64,000 nucleotides of DNA from the human T2T-CHM13v2.0 reference genome, Homo sapiens. Numbering within the stretch: position 1 is the stretch's first letter; the number at the start of each line of letters is the position of its first letter. The stretch covers positions 6,880,001-6,944,000 of the forward strand of contig CP068257.2 in assembly GCA_009914755.4 (NCBI GenBank). The letters are read 5' to 3'. The notes beneath the pieces are model-generated. The model saw only the letters and a program-made list of their open reading frames with translations, was not told the origin of the DNA and searched no databases. Position numbers and translations under genes: made by a program. This document shows positions 1 through 16,189 of this stretch, piece after piece.

Positions 1-1060
1 ATGATATGTCTACGTTATTAATTATATGTAACATATGTTATATATTATATATTTCACATGGAATACACGTTACATATAATATATACTATGATACCTATAA
101 CGTATAATTTATTAAATATAATATACTGTATCTCATATATTATATATAATTCATAATATACAGTATGTGGAATGTGTTATATATGACATGTAATATATGA
201 TATATATAACATGCAATATATCATATAGAACATACAATATATGATACATAATATATATGGTATACAAAATATATTTTATGATATATATTATATATGTGTT
301 ATATTATATTATATATAACTATTTAAAATTTTATATAACTGTATAATATTATACGTAAATATATAATATAATAAACATGACTATATATTATGTTATATAT
401 AATTTTATTACATACGTTACATAATATATCATACTATAATGCATATATTATATTATTTTATATTACATAATATATATTATATATCACATAATATATGCTG
501 CGTACATAATATTAAAATATATATTATATTATGATATATGAAATATCGTATATATTATGTATCCTATATTGTATAATGTACATTATATATTATATAACAT
601 GTATGTTGTCTATCATACGATATATAAAATTATATATATGATTATATTGTTATACCTATAACGATATAAATATGTAATTATATGTATCATTATTTATATT
701 ATATATTATTATATAATCATGTATAATTATTTATATTATATAAATAATTATATGATTATATAAATTATAATATATAAATTATACTATGTAATAAAAAATA
801 TATATATTATATATCATATATGATATAGTATATATGCTATATATCATATTATATATAAAAATATGTTATGTTATATACAATTATATATTTTCATATATAA
901 GATGTATAATATGTATTATCTATTATATATGTTATGTACTATATGTAATGTAAATAAGCTGACACAGGATAAATATTACATATTATGATATATAATATCT
1001 ATGAGGTTATATATTACATATAAAGCATATTACAAAACATATAATATATATCATGTATAA

Positions 1061-1352
1061 TTTTTTTTTAGACAGAGCCTTGTCCTGTTGCACAGCGTGG
1101 GGTACAATGGCGCCATCTTTACTCACTGCAACATCTGCCTCACGGGTTCAAGCGATTGTCCTCCCTCAGCCTCCCAGGTAGCTGGGAGTAGACCACACTG
1201 GGACTACACCAGCTGCCACCATGCCTAGCTAATTTTTTGGATTTTTAGCAGTGACAGCGTTTCACTGTATTGGCCAGGATGGTCTTGATCTCTTCACCTT
1301 GTGATCCCCTTGCCTTGGCCTCCAAATTTCCTGGGATTACAGGCCTGAGCCA
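1061..1352 (-). mobile_element. Alu SINE (antisense), embedded in macrosatellite unit 1
   Basis: Poly-T head then gacagagccttgtcctgttgcacag...cctcccaggtagctgggagta...ctgggattacaggcctgagccaag, the reverse-complement Alu consensus. It lacks the last ~12 bp. Confidence 0.9.
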
Positions 1353-3465
1353 AGATACATGTTTTTTAAATGAAGAAGAATTTCAAAGCTACTCTGCTTG
1401 GGACAAGAATCAAATATATAAACTGAGGAATAAAACATAACCATGAAACATATTTATAACTGCATATGGAAAATACAGAGGATAATTTTTTAAATAACAT
1501 ATTTTGAAAGCATTAACTAGTAATTTGAAGAGTTGGCATTTGAAAGGCCCGTATGAATATACCTTCAAAGCAGCAACACAGGTTCCCCATGAGAAAAATC
1601 AAACTCAGGGAAAATAAAACCACAAGGGTTCACTCTGTTCTGACCTTTGAAAAACACAGCACAGACAGTGGCCCTTAGGACCAAGAGCAGGAGATCCCTA
1701 ATCCCGTCACCACGGCGATAGGGCACAAACATTGCAGGGTGAGGGCACAATCCACATTGTGAGGTCCAACTGCTGCCGGGAAGACAGGAGTGCTTTTACA
1801 TAGACCCAAAGGTCATTGAAGGCTCAGTGTTTTGTTTCAAAAACTGAATCCCAAGCCCACACATTACTATGCTGCGCTTCTTAAAACAAGTTATGAGATG
1901 GGAAATAGGGCACCCACAAATATATCTATACATTATGTATATAATAATATATAGAATCATATATATAATATATGTAACATATATATATAATATTCTTTTA
2001 CACCCTGCATCTTACATTATGTATATTATATGTAATATAATAATTGAAAGTATATAAGTATAATATTTATACAATATGACATATAATAATTATATTTTAT
2101 GACATATATAATATATATTCTATATCATATATAGAATATATTATATGGTTAATATACGTACTAAATATATAATATACATTATATGTATTATATATATTAT
2201 ATCTACGTTATATATAACATACCTCATAGATAATATATATGATATCTCTGTTATATATAATATAAAATAACATAAAAAAATATATAATTGTATATATAAA
2301 ACATGACATATAATATATATTATATTTTATGACATATATAATACATATTATATATTATATATGTAATACGTTGTATGTATGATGCATATATTAAATATAT
2401 ATGATATGTCTACGTTATTAATTATATGTAATATATGTTATGTATTATATATTTTACATGGAATACACATGTTACATATAATTTATACTATGTTACCTAT
2501 AACGTATAATTTATTATATATAATATAATATATGTCATAAGTTATATGTAATTTATAATATACAGTATGTGGAATGTGATATATATGACATGTAATATAT
2601 GATATGTAACATACAATATATCATATATAACATACAATATATGATACATAATATATATGGTATACAAAATATATTTTATGATATATATTATATATGTTTT
2701 ATATTATATTACATATATCTATTTAAAATTATATATAACGGTATAATATTATACGTAAATATATAATATATATGACTATATATGAAGTTATATATAACTT
2801 TATTACATACTTTACATAATACATCATAATATAATGCATATGTTATATTATTTTATATTACATAATATATATTACATATCACATAATGTATACTACCTAC
2901 ATAATATTAAAATATATATTATAATATGATATATTAAATATCATATATATTATGTATCCTATATTGTATAATATACATTATATATTATATAACATGTATG
3001 TTGTCTATCATATTATATATATAATTATATATGATTATATTGTCATACATATAACGATATAAATATGTAATTATATATATCATTATTTATATTATATGTA
3101 ATTATATAATCATGTTTAATTATTTATATTTTATAAATAATTATATGATTTTATAAATTATAATATATATAAATTATACTATGTAATAAAAATATATATA
3201 TTATAGATCATATATGATATAGTATATATGTTACATATCATATTATATAGAAATATATGTTATGTTATATACAATTATATAATTTCATATATAAGATGTA
3301 TAATATGTATTATCTATTATATATGTTATGTAATATATATAATGTAAATAAGCTGACACAGGATAAATATTAAATATTATGATATATAATATATTTGAGG
3401 TTATATATTACATATAAAGCATATTACAAAACATATAATATATATCATGTATAATTTCTTTTTAG

Positions 3466-3748
3466 ACAGAGCCTTGTCCTGTTGCACAGCGTGGGGTACA
3501 ATGGCGCCATCTTTACTCACTGCAACATCTGCCTCACGGGTTCAAGCGATTGTCCTCCCTCAGCCTCCCAGGTAGCTGGGAGTACACCACACTGGGACTA
3601 CACCAGCTGCCACCATGCCTAGCTAATTTTTTGGATTTTTAGTAGTGACAGCGCTTCACTGTATTGGCCAGGATGGTCTTGATCTCTTCACCTTGTGATC
3701 CCCTTGCCTTGGTCTCCAAATTTCCTGGGATTACAGGCCTGAGCCAAG
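3466..3748 (-). mobile_element. Alu SINE (antisense), unit 2 copy of the same Alu
   Basis: Same sequence and same truncation point as 1061-1352. Confidence 0.9.
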
Positions 3749-5847
3749 ATACATATTTTTTAAATGAAAAAGAATTTCCAAGCTACTCTGCTTGGGACAA
3801 GAATCAAATATATAAACTGAGGAATAAAACATAACCATGAAGCTTATTTATAACTGCATATGGAAAATACAGAGGATAATTTTTTAAATAACATCTTTTG
3901 AAAGCATTAACTAGTAATTTGAAGAGTTGGCATTTGAAAGGCCCGTATGAATATACCTTCAAAGCAGCAACACAGGTTCCCCATGAGAAAAATCAAACTC
4001 AGGGAAAATAAAACCACAAAGGTTCACTCTGTTCTGACCTTTGAAAAACACAGCACAGACAGTGGCCCTTAGGACCAAGAGCAGGAGATCCCTAATCCCG
4101 TCACCACGGCGATAGGGCACAAACATTGCAGGGTGAGAGCACAATCCACATTGTGAGGTCCAACTGCTGCCAGGAAGACAGGAGTGCTTTTACATAGACC
4201 CAAAGGTCATTGAAGGCTCAGTGTTTTGTTTCAAAAACTGAATCCCAAGCCCACACATTACTATGCTGCGCTTCTTAAAACAAGTTATGAGATGGGAAAT
4301 AGGGCACCCACAAATCTATCTATACATTATGTATATAATAATATATAGAATCATATATATAATATATGTAACATATATATAATATTCTTTTACACCCTGC
4401 ATCTTATATTATGTATATTATATGTAATATAATAATTGAAAATATATAAGTATAATATTTATACAATATGACATATAATAATTATATTTTATGACATATA
4501 TAATATATATTCTATATCATATATAGAATATATTATATGGTTAATATACGTACTAAATATATAATATACATTATATATATTATATATATTATATCTACGT
4601 TATATATAACATACCTTATAGATAATATATATATGATATCTCTGTTATATATAATATAAAATAACATAAAAAATATATAATTGTATATATAAAACATGAC
4701 ATATAATATATATTATATTTTATGACATATATAATACATATTATATATTATATATGTCATACGTTGTATGTATGATGCATATATTAAATATATATGATAT
4801 GTCTACGTTATTAATTATATGTAATATATGTTATGTATTATATATTTTACATGGAATACACATGTTACATATAATTTATACTATGTTACCTATAACGTAT
4901 AATTTATTATATATAATATAATGTATGTCATATGTTATATGTAATTTATTATATACAGTATGTGGAATGTGATATATATGACATGTAATATATGATATGT
5001 AACATACAATATATCATATATAACATACAATATATGATACATAATATATATGGTATACAAAATATATTTTATGATATATATTATATATGTTTTATATTAT
5101 ATTATATATAACTATTTAAAATTATATATAACTCTATAATATACGTAAATATATAATATATATGACTATATATGATGTTATATATAATTTTATTACATAC
5201 TTTACATAATATATCATAATATAATGCATATATTATATTATTTTATATTACATAATATATATTATATATCACATAATGTATGCTACATATATAATATTAA
5301 AATATATATTATATTATGATATATTAAATATCACATATATTATGTATCCTATATTGTATAATATACATTATATATTATATAACATGTATGTTGTCTATCA
5401 TATTATATATAATTATATATATGATTATATTGTCATACATATAACGATATAAATATGTAATTATATATATCATTATTTATGTTATATGTAATTATATAAT
5501 CATGTATAATTATTTATATTATATAAATAATTATATGATTTTATAAATTATAATATATATAAATTATACCATGTAATAAAAATATATATATTATATATCA
5601 TATATGATATAGTATATATGTTATATATCATATTATATAGAAATATATGTTATGTTATATACAATTATATATTTTCATATATAAGATGTATAATATGTAT
5701 TATCTATTATATATGTTATGTAATATATATAATGTAAATAAGCTGACACAGGGTAAATATTAAATATTATGATATATAATATATATGAGGTTATATATTA
5801 CATATAAAGCATATTACAAAACATATAATATATATCATGTATAATTT

Positions 5848-6138
5848 CTTTTTAGACAGAGCCTTGTCCTGTTGCACAGCGTGGGGTACAATGGCGCCAT
5901 CTTTACTCACTGCAACATCTGCCTCACGGGTTCAAGCGATTGTCCTCCCTCAGCCTCCCAGGTAGCTGGGAGTACACCACACTGGGACTACACCAGCTGC
6001 CACCATGCCTAGCTAATTTTTTGGATTTTTAGTAGTGACAGCGCTTCACTGTATTGGCCAGGATGGTCTTGATCTCTTCACCTTGTGATCCCCTTGCCTT
6101 GGCCTCCAAATTTCCTGGGATTACAGGCCTGAGCCAAG
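5848..6138 (-). mobile_element. Alu SINE (antisense), unit 3 copy
   Basis: Same sequence as the unit 1 and 2 Alus. Confidence 0.9.
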
Positions 6139-8251
6139 ATACATATTTTTTAAATGAAAAAGAATTTCAAAGCTACTCTGCTTGGGACAAGAATCAAATA
6201 TAAAAACTGAGGAATAAAACATAACCATGAAACTTACTTATAACTGCATATGGAAAATACAGAGGATAATTTTTTAAATAACATCTTTTGAAAGCATTAA
6301 CTAGTAATTTGAAGAGTTGGCATTTGAAAGGCCCGTATGAATATACCTTCAAAGCAGCAACACAGGTTCCCCATGAGAAAAATAAAACTCAGGGAAAATA
6401 AAACCACAAAGGTTCACTCTGTTCTGACCTTTGAAAAACACAGCACAGACAGTGGCCCTTAGGACCAAGAGCAGGAGATCCCTAATCCCGTCACCACGGC
6501 GATAGGGCACAAACATTGCAGGGTGAGGGCACAATCCACATTGTGAGGTCCAACTGCTGCCAGGAAGACAGGAGTGCTTTTACATAGACCCAAAGATCAT
6601 TGAAGGCTCAGTGTTTTGTTTCAAAAACTGAATCCCAAGCCCACACATTACTATGCTGCGCTTCTTAAAACAAGTTATGAGATGGGAAATAGGGAACCCA
6701 CAAATCTATGTATACATTATGTATAAAATAATATACAGAATCATATATATAATATATGTAACATATATATATAATATTCTTTTACACCCTGCATCTTATA
6801 TTATGTATATTATATGTAATATAATAATTGAAAATATATAAGTATAATATTTATACAATATGACATATAATAATTATATATTATGACATATATAGTATAT
6901 ATTATATATCATATATAGAATATGTTATATGGTTAATATACGTACTAAATATATAATATACATTATATATATTATATATATAATATCTACGTTATATATA
7001 ACAAACCTCATAGATAATATATATATGATATCTCTGTTATATATAATATAAAATAACATAAAAAAAATATAATTGTATATATAAAACATGACATATAATA
7101 TATATTATATTTTATGACATATATATAATACATATTATATATTATATATGTAATACGTTGTATGTATAATGCATATATTAAATATATATGATATGTCTAC
7201 GTTATTAATTATATGTAATATATGTTATATATTATATATTTTACATGGAATACACATGTTACATATAATTTATATTATGTTACCTATAACGTATAATTTA
7301 TTATATATAATATAATGTATGTCATATATTATATATATTTTATAATATACAGTATGTGGAATGTGATATATATGACATGTAATATATGATATGTAACATA
7401 CAATATATCATATATAACATACAAGATATGATACATAATATATATGGTATACAAAATATATTTTATGATATATATTATATATGTTTTATACTATAATATA
7501 TATAACTATTTAAAATTATATATAACTGTATGATATTATACATAAATACATAATATAATATATATAACTATACATTATGTTATATATAATTTTATTACGT
7601 ACTTTACATAATATATCATAATATAATGCATATATTATATTATTTTATATTACATAATATATATTATATATCACGTAATATATGCTACATACATAATATT
7701 AAAATATATATTATATTATGATATATTAAATATCGTATATATTATGTATCCTATATTGTATAATATACATTATATATTATATAACATGTATGTTATCTAT
7801 CATATGATATATAAAATTATATATATGATTATATTGTCATACATAAAACGATATAAATATGCAATTATATATATCATTATTTATATTATATATAATTATA
7901 TAATCATGTATAATTATTTATACTATATAAATAATTATATGATTATATAAATTATAATATATATAAATTATACTATGTAATAAAAAATATATATACTATA
8001 TATCATATATGATATAGTATATATGGTATATATCATATTATATATAAATATATGTTATGTTATATAGAATTATATATTTTCATATATAAGATGTATAATA
8101 TGTATTATCTATTATATATATTTTATGTAATATATATAATGTAAATAAGCTGACACAGGATAAATATTAAATATGATGTTATATAATATATATGAGGTTA
8201 TATATTACATATAAAGCATATTACATAACATATAATATATATCATGTAAAA

Positions 8252-8544
8252 TTTTTTTTTAGACAGAGCCTTGTCCTGTTGCACAGCGTGGAGTACAATA
8301 GCGCCATCTTTACTCACTGCAATATCTGCCTGACGGGTTCAAGCGATTGTCCTCCCTCAGCCTCCCATGTAGCTGGGAGTACACCACACTGGGACTACAC
8401 CAGCTGCCACCATGCCTATCTAATTTTTTGGATTTTTAGTAGTGACAGCGTTTCACTGTATTGTCCAGGATGGTCTTGATCTCTTCAACTTGTGATCCCC
8501 TTGCCTTGGCCTCCAAATTTCCTGGGATTACAGGCCTGAGCCAA
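8252..8544 (-). mobile_element. Alu SINE (antisense), unit 4 copy
   Basis: Same Alu with a few substitutions. Confidence 0.9.
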
Positions 8545-10624
8545 GATACATATTTTGTAAATGAAAAAGAATTTCAAAGCTACTCTGCTTGGGACAAGAA
8601 TCAAATATATAAACTGAGGAATAAAACATAACCATGAAACTTATTTATAACTGCATATGGAAAATACACAGGATAATTTTTTAAATAACATGTTTTGAAA
8701 GCATTAAATGATAATTTGAAGAGTTGGCATTTGAAAGGCCAGTATGAATACACCTTCAAAGCAGCAACACAGGTTCCGCATGAGAAAAATCAAACTCAGG
8801 GAAAATAATACCACAAAGGTTCACTCTGTTCTGACGTTTGAAAAACACAGCACAGACAGTGGCCCTTAGGACCAAGAGCAGGAGATCCCTAATCCCGTCA
8901 CCATGGCGATAGGGCATAAACATTGCAGGGTGAGGGCACAATCCACATTGTGAGGTCCAACTGCTGCCAGGAAGACAGGAGTGCCTTTACATAGACCGAA
9001 AGGTCATTGAAGGCTCAGTGTTTTGTTTCAAAAACTGAATTGCAAGCCCACACATTATTATGCTGTGTTTGTTAAAACAAGTTATGAGATGGGAAACAGG
9101 GCACCCACAAATATATATATATACATTATGTATACAATAATATATAGTATCATAAATATAATATATATAACATATATATAATATTGTTTTACATCCTGCA
9201 TCTTATACTACATATATTATATGTAATATAATAATTGATAATAAATATTATATTTATACAACATGACATATAATATATAATAATTTATGACATATATAAT
9301 ATATTGTATATATTATATATAGAATATATTATATGGTTAATATACGTATTAAATATATAATATACATTATATATATTATATATATTATATCTATGTTATA
9401 TATAATATACATTATATATAATGTATATATTATATCTATGTTATATATAATATAAAATAATATATAATAATATATAATTGTATATATAAAATGTGACATA
9501 TAGTATATATTATACTTTGTGACATATATATAATATATATTATATATTATATATATAATACGTTGTATGTAGAATACATATATTAAATATATATTATATG
9601 TCTATGTTATTAATTATATGTAATATACGTTATATATTATATATTTTACATAGAATATACATGTTACATATAATATATATTGTTACATATAATGTATAAT
9701 TTATTATATATAATATAATGTATGTCATATATTATATATAATTTATAATGTACAATATGTGGAATGTGATATATATAACATATAATATATGATATATGAT
9801 ATACAATATATGATATATAACATACAATATATGATACATAATATATATGGTATACAATATATATTTTATGTTTTATATCATATATGTTTTATATTATATT
9901 ATATATAACTATTTAAAATTATATATAACTGTATAATATTATATGTATATATATAATATAATATATATAACTATATATTATGTTATATATAATTTTATTA
10001 CATACTTTACATACTACATAATAGTATAATATATATTATATTACATTATTTTATATTACATAATATATATTATATATCACATAATATATGTTACATACAT
10101 AATATTGAAATATATATTATGACATATTAAATATCATATATATTATGTATCCTATATTGTATAATATATATTATATATTATATAATATGTATGTTGTCTA
10201 TTCTGTGATACATATAATTATATATATAATTATATTATTATGCATATAACTATATAAACATGTAATTATATATATTATTATTTATATTATATAAAATTAT
10301 ATAATCATATATAATTATTTCTATTTTATAAATAATCATATCATTATATAAATTATAATATATATAAATTATAATATGTAATAAATATATATATTATATA
10401 TCATATATGATATAGTATATATGTTATATATCATATTATATATAACTCTATATTATGTTACCTATAATTATATATTTTCATATGTAAGATGTATAATATG
10501 TATTATATATTTTATATGTTATGTAATATATATAACATATATAATATGACGTAGGATAAATATTATATATTATGACATATAATATATATGAGGTTATATA
10601 TTACTTATAAAGCATATTACATAA

Positions 10625-10940
<316 letters not shown>

Positions 10941-13004
10941 AGTACATATTTTTTAAATGATGAAAAATTTCAAAGTTACTCTGCTTGGAACAATAATGAA
11001 ATATATTAACTGAGGAATAAAACATAACCATGAAACATATTTATAACTGCATATGGAAAATACAGAGGATAATTTTTTAAATAACATGTTTTGAAAGCAT
11101 TAACTAGTAATTTGAAGAGTTGGCATTTGAAAGGCCAGTATGAATATACCTTCAAAGCAGCAACACAGGTTCCCCATGAGAAAAATCAAACTCAGGGAAA
11201 ATAAAACCTCAGAGGTTCACTCTGTTCTAACCTTTGAAAAACACAGCACAGACAGTGGCCCTTAGGACCAAGAGCAGGAGATCCCTAATCCCGTCACCAT
11301 GGCGATAGGGTATAAACATTGCAGGGTGAGGGCACAATCCACATTGTGAGGTCCAACTGCTGCCAGGAAGACAGGAGTGCTTTTACATAGACCGAAAGGT
11401 CATTGAAGGCTCAGTGTTTTGTTTCAAAAACTGAATCCCAAGCCCACACATTATTATGCTGTGCTTCTTAAAACAATTTATGAGATGGGAAACAGGGCAC
11501 CCAGAAATATATATATACATTATGTATATAATAATATATAGTATCATATATATAATATATATAACATATATATAATGTTGTTTCACATCCTGCATCTTAT
11601 ATTGTATATATTATATGTAATATAATAATTGATAATATATAAGTATTATATTTATACAATATGATATATAATATATATTATGTTTTATGACATATATAAT
11701 ATATATTATATATCATATATAGAATATATTATATGGTCAATATAAGTATTAAATATGTAATATACATTATATATAATACATATATTATATCTATGTTATA
11801 TATAATATAAAATAATATATAATAATATATAATTGTATATATACAATATGACTTATAATTATATATTATATTTTTTGACATATATAATATATATTATATA
11901 TTTTATATATATAATACATTGTATGTATAATACATATATTAAATATATATTATATGTCTATGTTATAAATTATATGTAATATATATTATATATTATATAT
12001 TATATATTTTATATACAATATATATGTTGTTCAACTTCTCCTTTTAAAGAAAAATGAGAAAAAATATCTCTAAAATCGAGGACAGGCAAGGAGAATGTCC
12101 CCCTTTGGGCACCCCTGCTTGTTTTATGTGTGATAATTATAGCACCTCTTCTTGCAAACATTTATGTAAAGTGAGGATTTTACTAAGGACGACCAACATC
12201 TAAGGTTCCCAAAGTGAAGAACTTTAAATATTCCCAACCTGGTCTTCTCGTATGCTAAATTAGAGAAGTTAGGTTTCTGCATCAAGGAAAATAAATGAGG
12301 GTTGTATTTTAGCTGGCACCTAAAAACATCCAAAATTAGAAATGATAAACTTATTTCTTTCCAGAAAGGTAACAACAAAATATTTGAAACTACCTCAGAA
12401 TTAAAGAAAAGTAGCAAAATCAGTTTCTAAAATCAGGAAACTGCGAGAAACTGTCTCTTCTTTTTCTTCTCCTAAACCTCTGCTTTCTAAACTTCCTTGC
12501 CTGGATGATTTCATTTTTTTTCTCTTTCTCCTCCCTGTATTCCTTCTTAAACCACAAAGGGTCCAGAAATAGCTACAGGAGAAGACAAAATAGTAGTCAT
12601 TTCTTTTAAAACAAAACCCACAGGATGAGTGGGTTCAAACATAAGATATACACCTTACACCAAGTCAGAATTAAATGCTCTGATGTTTGGATTTCCTGAT
12701 CTGACTCAAGACACCTTAGGTTTGCCAAGGAATTCCAAATAATGCTTAAGACCTATGATTCAGGGTTTTCAAACCAATATCAGCTAACTGATTTACTAGT
12801 CCTCCAAAACAAAGCCAAAGATTGCTACAAAGTAGTGAATTAGAAACAGCTTTAGCAGATTTTAACAAACTAAAGTGCAAATGGGAGAGAGAAGCGTAGG
12901 GAGTTTTGCAACTGCCTCTGTGGGAATTTACCACAGCTATTCCCCCTAATCCTATAGACTAGGCAAAATACAACAATGTAATACATACCCCAGCAAAACC
13001 ATAC

Positions 13005-16000
13005 CTGATTATTATATCACATTTATTTTTATTTTTTGTGGGTATACAGTAGTTGTGTGTATAAATGTGGTATATGAGATACTTTGATACAGGCATGCAA
13101 CATGTAACAATCACAGCATGGTAAATGGGGTATCCATCTCCTCAAGCATTTACTCTGTATTACAAAAATTGAATTATATGATTTCAGTTATTTTAAAAGG
13201 TACAACTAAATTATTATTGATTATAATAATTGTCAATTATTGACAATTGCAGTGTTGTGGTATCAAGTACTACTGTTGTGCTACCAGTACAAACTGTGTT
13301 ATCGGTACAAATACTACTGTTGTGCTATCAGCACAAATATCCTGTTGTGCAATCAAATAGTACCTCTACCTCTTATTCATTCTTTTTAACTATTTCTTGT
13401 ACCCATTAGCCATCTTCACTTCCCTCCATGGCCCTACCAAACTGCCCCCCTACTATGCTTCTCAGCCTCTGGTAACCATCCTTCTACTCTCTATCTCCAT
13501 TGAATTCAACTCAGTGGGATCCTTAGCGCCCATAAATAAATGAGAACATGCAAAGTTTGTCTTTCTGTGCCTGGCTTATTTCATTTAACATAATAACCCA
13601 CATCCATGTTGTTAAAAATGACAGAATCTCATTCTTTTTTTCTGGTTCCACTGTGTATACATACTACATTTTCTTTATCCATTCATCTGTTGATTGACAC
13701 TTACGTTGCTTCCAAATCTTGGCTATTTTCAACAATGCTGCAACAAACATGGGAATGTAGACATCTCTTCAACATACTGAGTTCCTTTCTTGTTAGTATA
13801 TACTTAGCAGTGAAATTGCTGGATTATATTGAAGCTCTAGTTTAGTTTTATGAGGAACCTCCAAGCTGTTTTCCATAGTGGTTGTACTAATTTACATTTC
13901 CACCAACAGTGTACCAGGCTTCCCATTTCTCCACATTCTCACTAGCATTTGCTGTTGCCTGACTTTTGGACATAATTCATTTTAATTGGGATAAGATGAT
14001 ATCTCATTGTAGTTTTGATTTGCATGTTTCTGATAATATAACTGCTTGCAATTCATATGCCTTCTTTTAAGAAAGGTTTATTGAAATATTTTGCCCATTG
14101 TAAAGATCAGATTACTAGATTTTTTTCCTATACAGTAGTTTGAGCTGCTTATCTGTTCTAGTTATTAATCTTTTGTCAGGTGAATAGTTTGCAAATATGT
14201 TCTCCTATTCTGTGGGTTGCCTCCTCACTTTATTGATCATTTCCTTTGACATACAGAAGATTTTTAACTTGATGTAACTTCATTTGTCCATATTTGCTTT
14301 GGTTGCCTGTGCTTGTGGGGTATTACTCAAGACATTTTTGCCAAGACCTGGAGAGACTTTCCCCAATGTTTTCTTGCAGTAGTTTTTTATTCGAGGTCTT
14401 AGATTTAAGTATTTAATCCATTTTGATTCGACTTTTGTATATGGCAAGAGTTGGGGTTATAATTTCATTCTTTTGCATGTAGATATCCAGTTTCCAAGCA
14501 TGATTTATTGAAGAGATTGTCTTTTCCCTAATTTAAGTTCTTGGCACCTTTGTTGAAAATGAGTTCAGTGAAAATGTATAAAATTTTTTTCTGGGTTATC
14601 TGTTCAATTCCATTGGTTTATGTGTCTATTTTTATGCCAGTACCAGGCTGCTACAGTTACTATAGCTTTGTAATATAATTTGAAGTCAGTTAATGTGATT
14701 CCTGCATTTAATCTGTGAATTGCTTTGGATAATATAGACATTTTAACATACTAACACTATCAATCCATGAACATGGAATATCTTTCAATTTTTGTGTCTT
14801 CAATTTATCTTATGATTGTGTTACAGTTTTTGTTGTAGAAATCCTTCACTCCTTTGGTTGATTTCTATGTATTTAGTTCTATTTGTGGCTATGATGAATG
14901 GTATTTCTTTTTAAATTCTTTTTCAGACTGTTCACTCTTGGCATATAGAAATGTTACTGATTCCTGCCGGGCGCGGTGGCTCACGCCTGTATTCCCAGGA
15001 CTTTGGGAAGGTGAGGTGGGCACATCACGAGGTCAGGAGATCGAGACCATACTGGCTAACACGATGAAACCCCGTCTCTACTAAAAATACAAAAAAAAGT
15101 TAGTCAGGCGTGATGGTGGGTGCCTGTAGCCCCAGCTCCTCGGGAGGCTGAGGCAGGAGAATGGTGTGAACCCAGGAGGCGGAGCTTGCAGTAAGCCAAG
15201 ATTGCATCACTGCACTCCAGCCTGGGTGACAAAGTGAGACTCTGTCTCAAAAAAAAAAAAAAATCTACTGATTTTTATATATTGATTTGTATCCTGAAAC
15301 TCTACTGAATTTATCAGTTCTAGTAGTTTTTTGTGGAGTCTTCAGGTTTTTTACAAATATAAGATTATATCATCTGCAAAACAAAGATAATTTGTCTTCC
15401 CTTTAGATGCCCTTTATTTCTCTCTCTTGTCTGATTGCTTTTGCTAGGACTTCCGGTACTGTGGAGAATAACAGTGGTGAAAGTAGGTATCCTGGTCATG
15501 CTCCAGATCTTAGAGAAGGGGATTTCAGTGTTTCCCTTGTCAGTATGATACTAGCTGTGGGTATGTCATATATGGCTTTCATTATGTTAATAATGTTCTT
15601 TCTCTACCCAGGTTTCTGAGGGTTTTTAATCATGATGGGATGTTGAATTTTATCAAATGCTTTTTTAAAATACCTTAATTTAAATGATTATATAATCTTT
15701 TCCCTCATTTTGGTGATGTGATGTATCATTTGGATTGATTTGCAACCATTCTTGCATCCTTGTGATAAATCACACATGATCATGAAGAATGATATTTTTA
15801 ATGTATTGCTTAAAGGTTTGCTAGCATTTTGTTGAGGATTTTTGCATCAATATTAATTGGAGATATTGTAGTTTTCTTTTTTTAAAGTGTCTTTGATTTT
15901 GGTATAAAGGTAATTCTGGTGTTATAGCATGAGTTTGGAAGTATTCCCCATCTGTATTTTGTGGAATAGTTTCAGTAGGATTGGTATTAGTTCTTTAAAT

Positions 16001-16110
16001 ATTTGTTAGAATTCAGTAGTGAAGCCATAGAATATTGGGGCTTTTCTTTCCTGGGAGACTTTTTATTACAGCTTTGTTCTCATTATTTGTTATTGGTCTG
16101 TTCATGTTTT
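13005..16110 (-). mobile_element. Old L1 LINE 3' portion (ORF2 C-terminal region plus 3' UTR), antisense, interrupted by an Alu
   Basis: Poly-T at ~13005, then sequence collinear with the reverse complement of L1 from the 3' UTR into ORF2. Examples: ...gatatctcattgtagttttgatttgcatgtttctgataat..., ...ctggatattagacctttgtcag... and ...gccagtaccaggctgctacagttactatagctttgtaatataatttgaagtcag.... Confidence 0.75.
14965..15262 (+). mobile_element. Alu SINE inserted into the L1, flanked by target-site duplication tactgatt
   Basis: ggcgcggtggctcacgcctgtattcccagg ... tctgtctcaaaaaaaaaaaaaaa. The 8-bp direct repeat tactgatt sits immediately before the Alu and immediately after its poly-A. Confidence 0.92.
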
Positions 16111-16189
16111 GTATTTCTTTGTGTTTCAATTTTGGTGTGTTTCTTGGCCCTAGTCTGGTCCACTCAGACCTGCTCCATGCTCACCATCA

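Noticed and set aside
1565-8941. A 61-aa minus-strand ORF (MCPHPAMFVPYRRGDGIRDLLLLVLRATVCAVFFKGQNRVN.CGFIFPEF.FSHGEPVLLL) recurring in macrosatellite units 1-4. It could look like a conserved multi-copy micro-gene.
   Set aside because: It recurs only because the DNA unit recurs. The differences between copies are mostly amino-acid-changing (P/S, P/L, D/Y, plus several changes in copy 4), with no sign of purifying selection. In the more diverged unit 5 the homologous position (~11160-11340) no longer yields this ORF in the track; an unrelated 70-aa ORF at 11383-11595 appears downstream instead. There is no start-codon context, no domain-like composition and no promoter.
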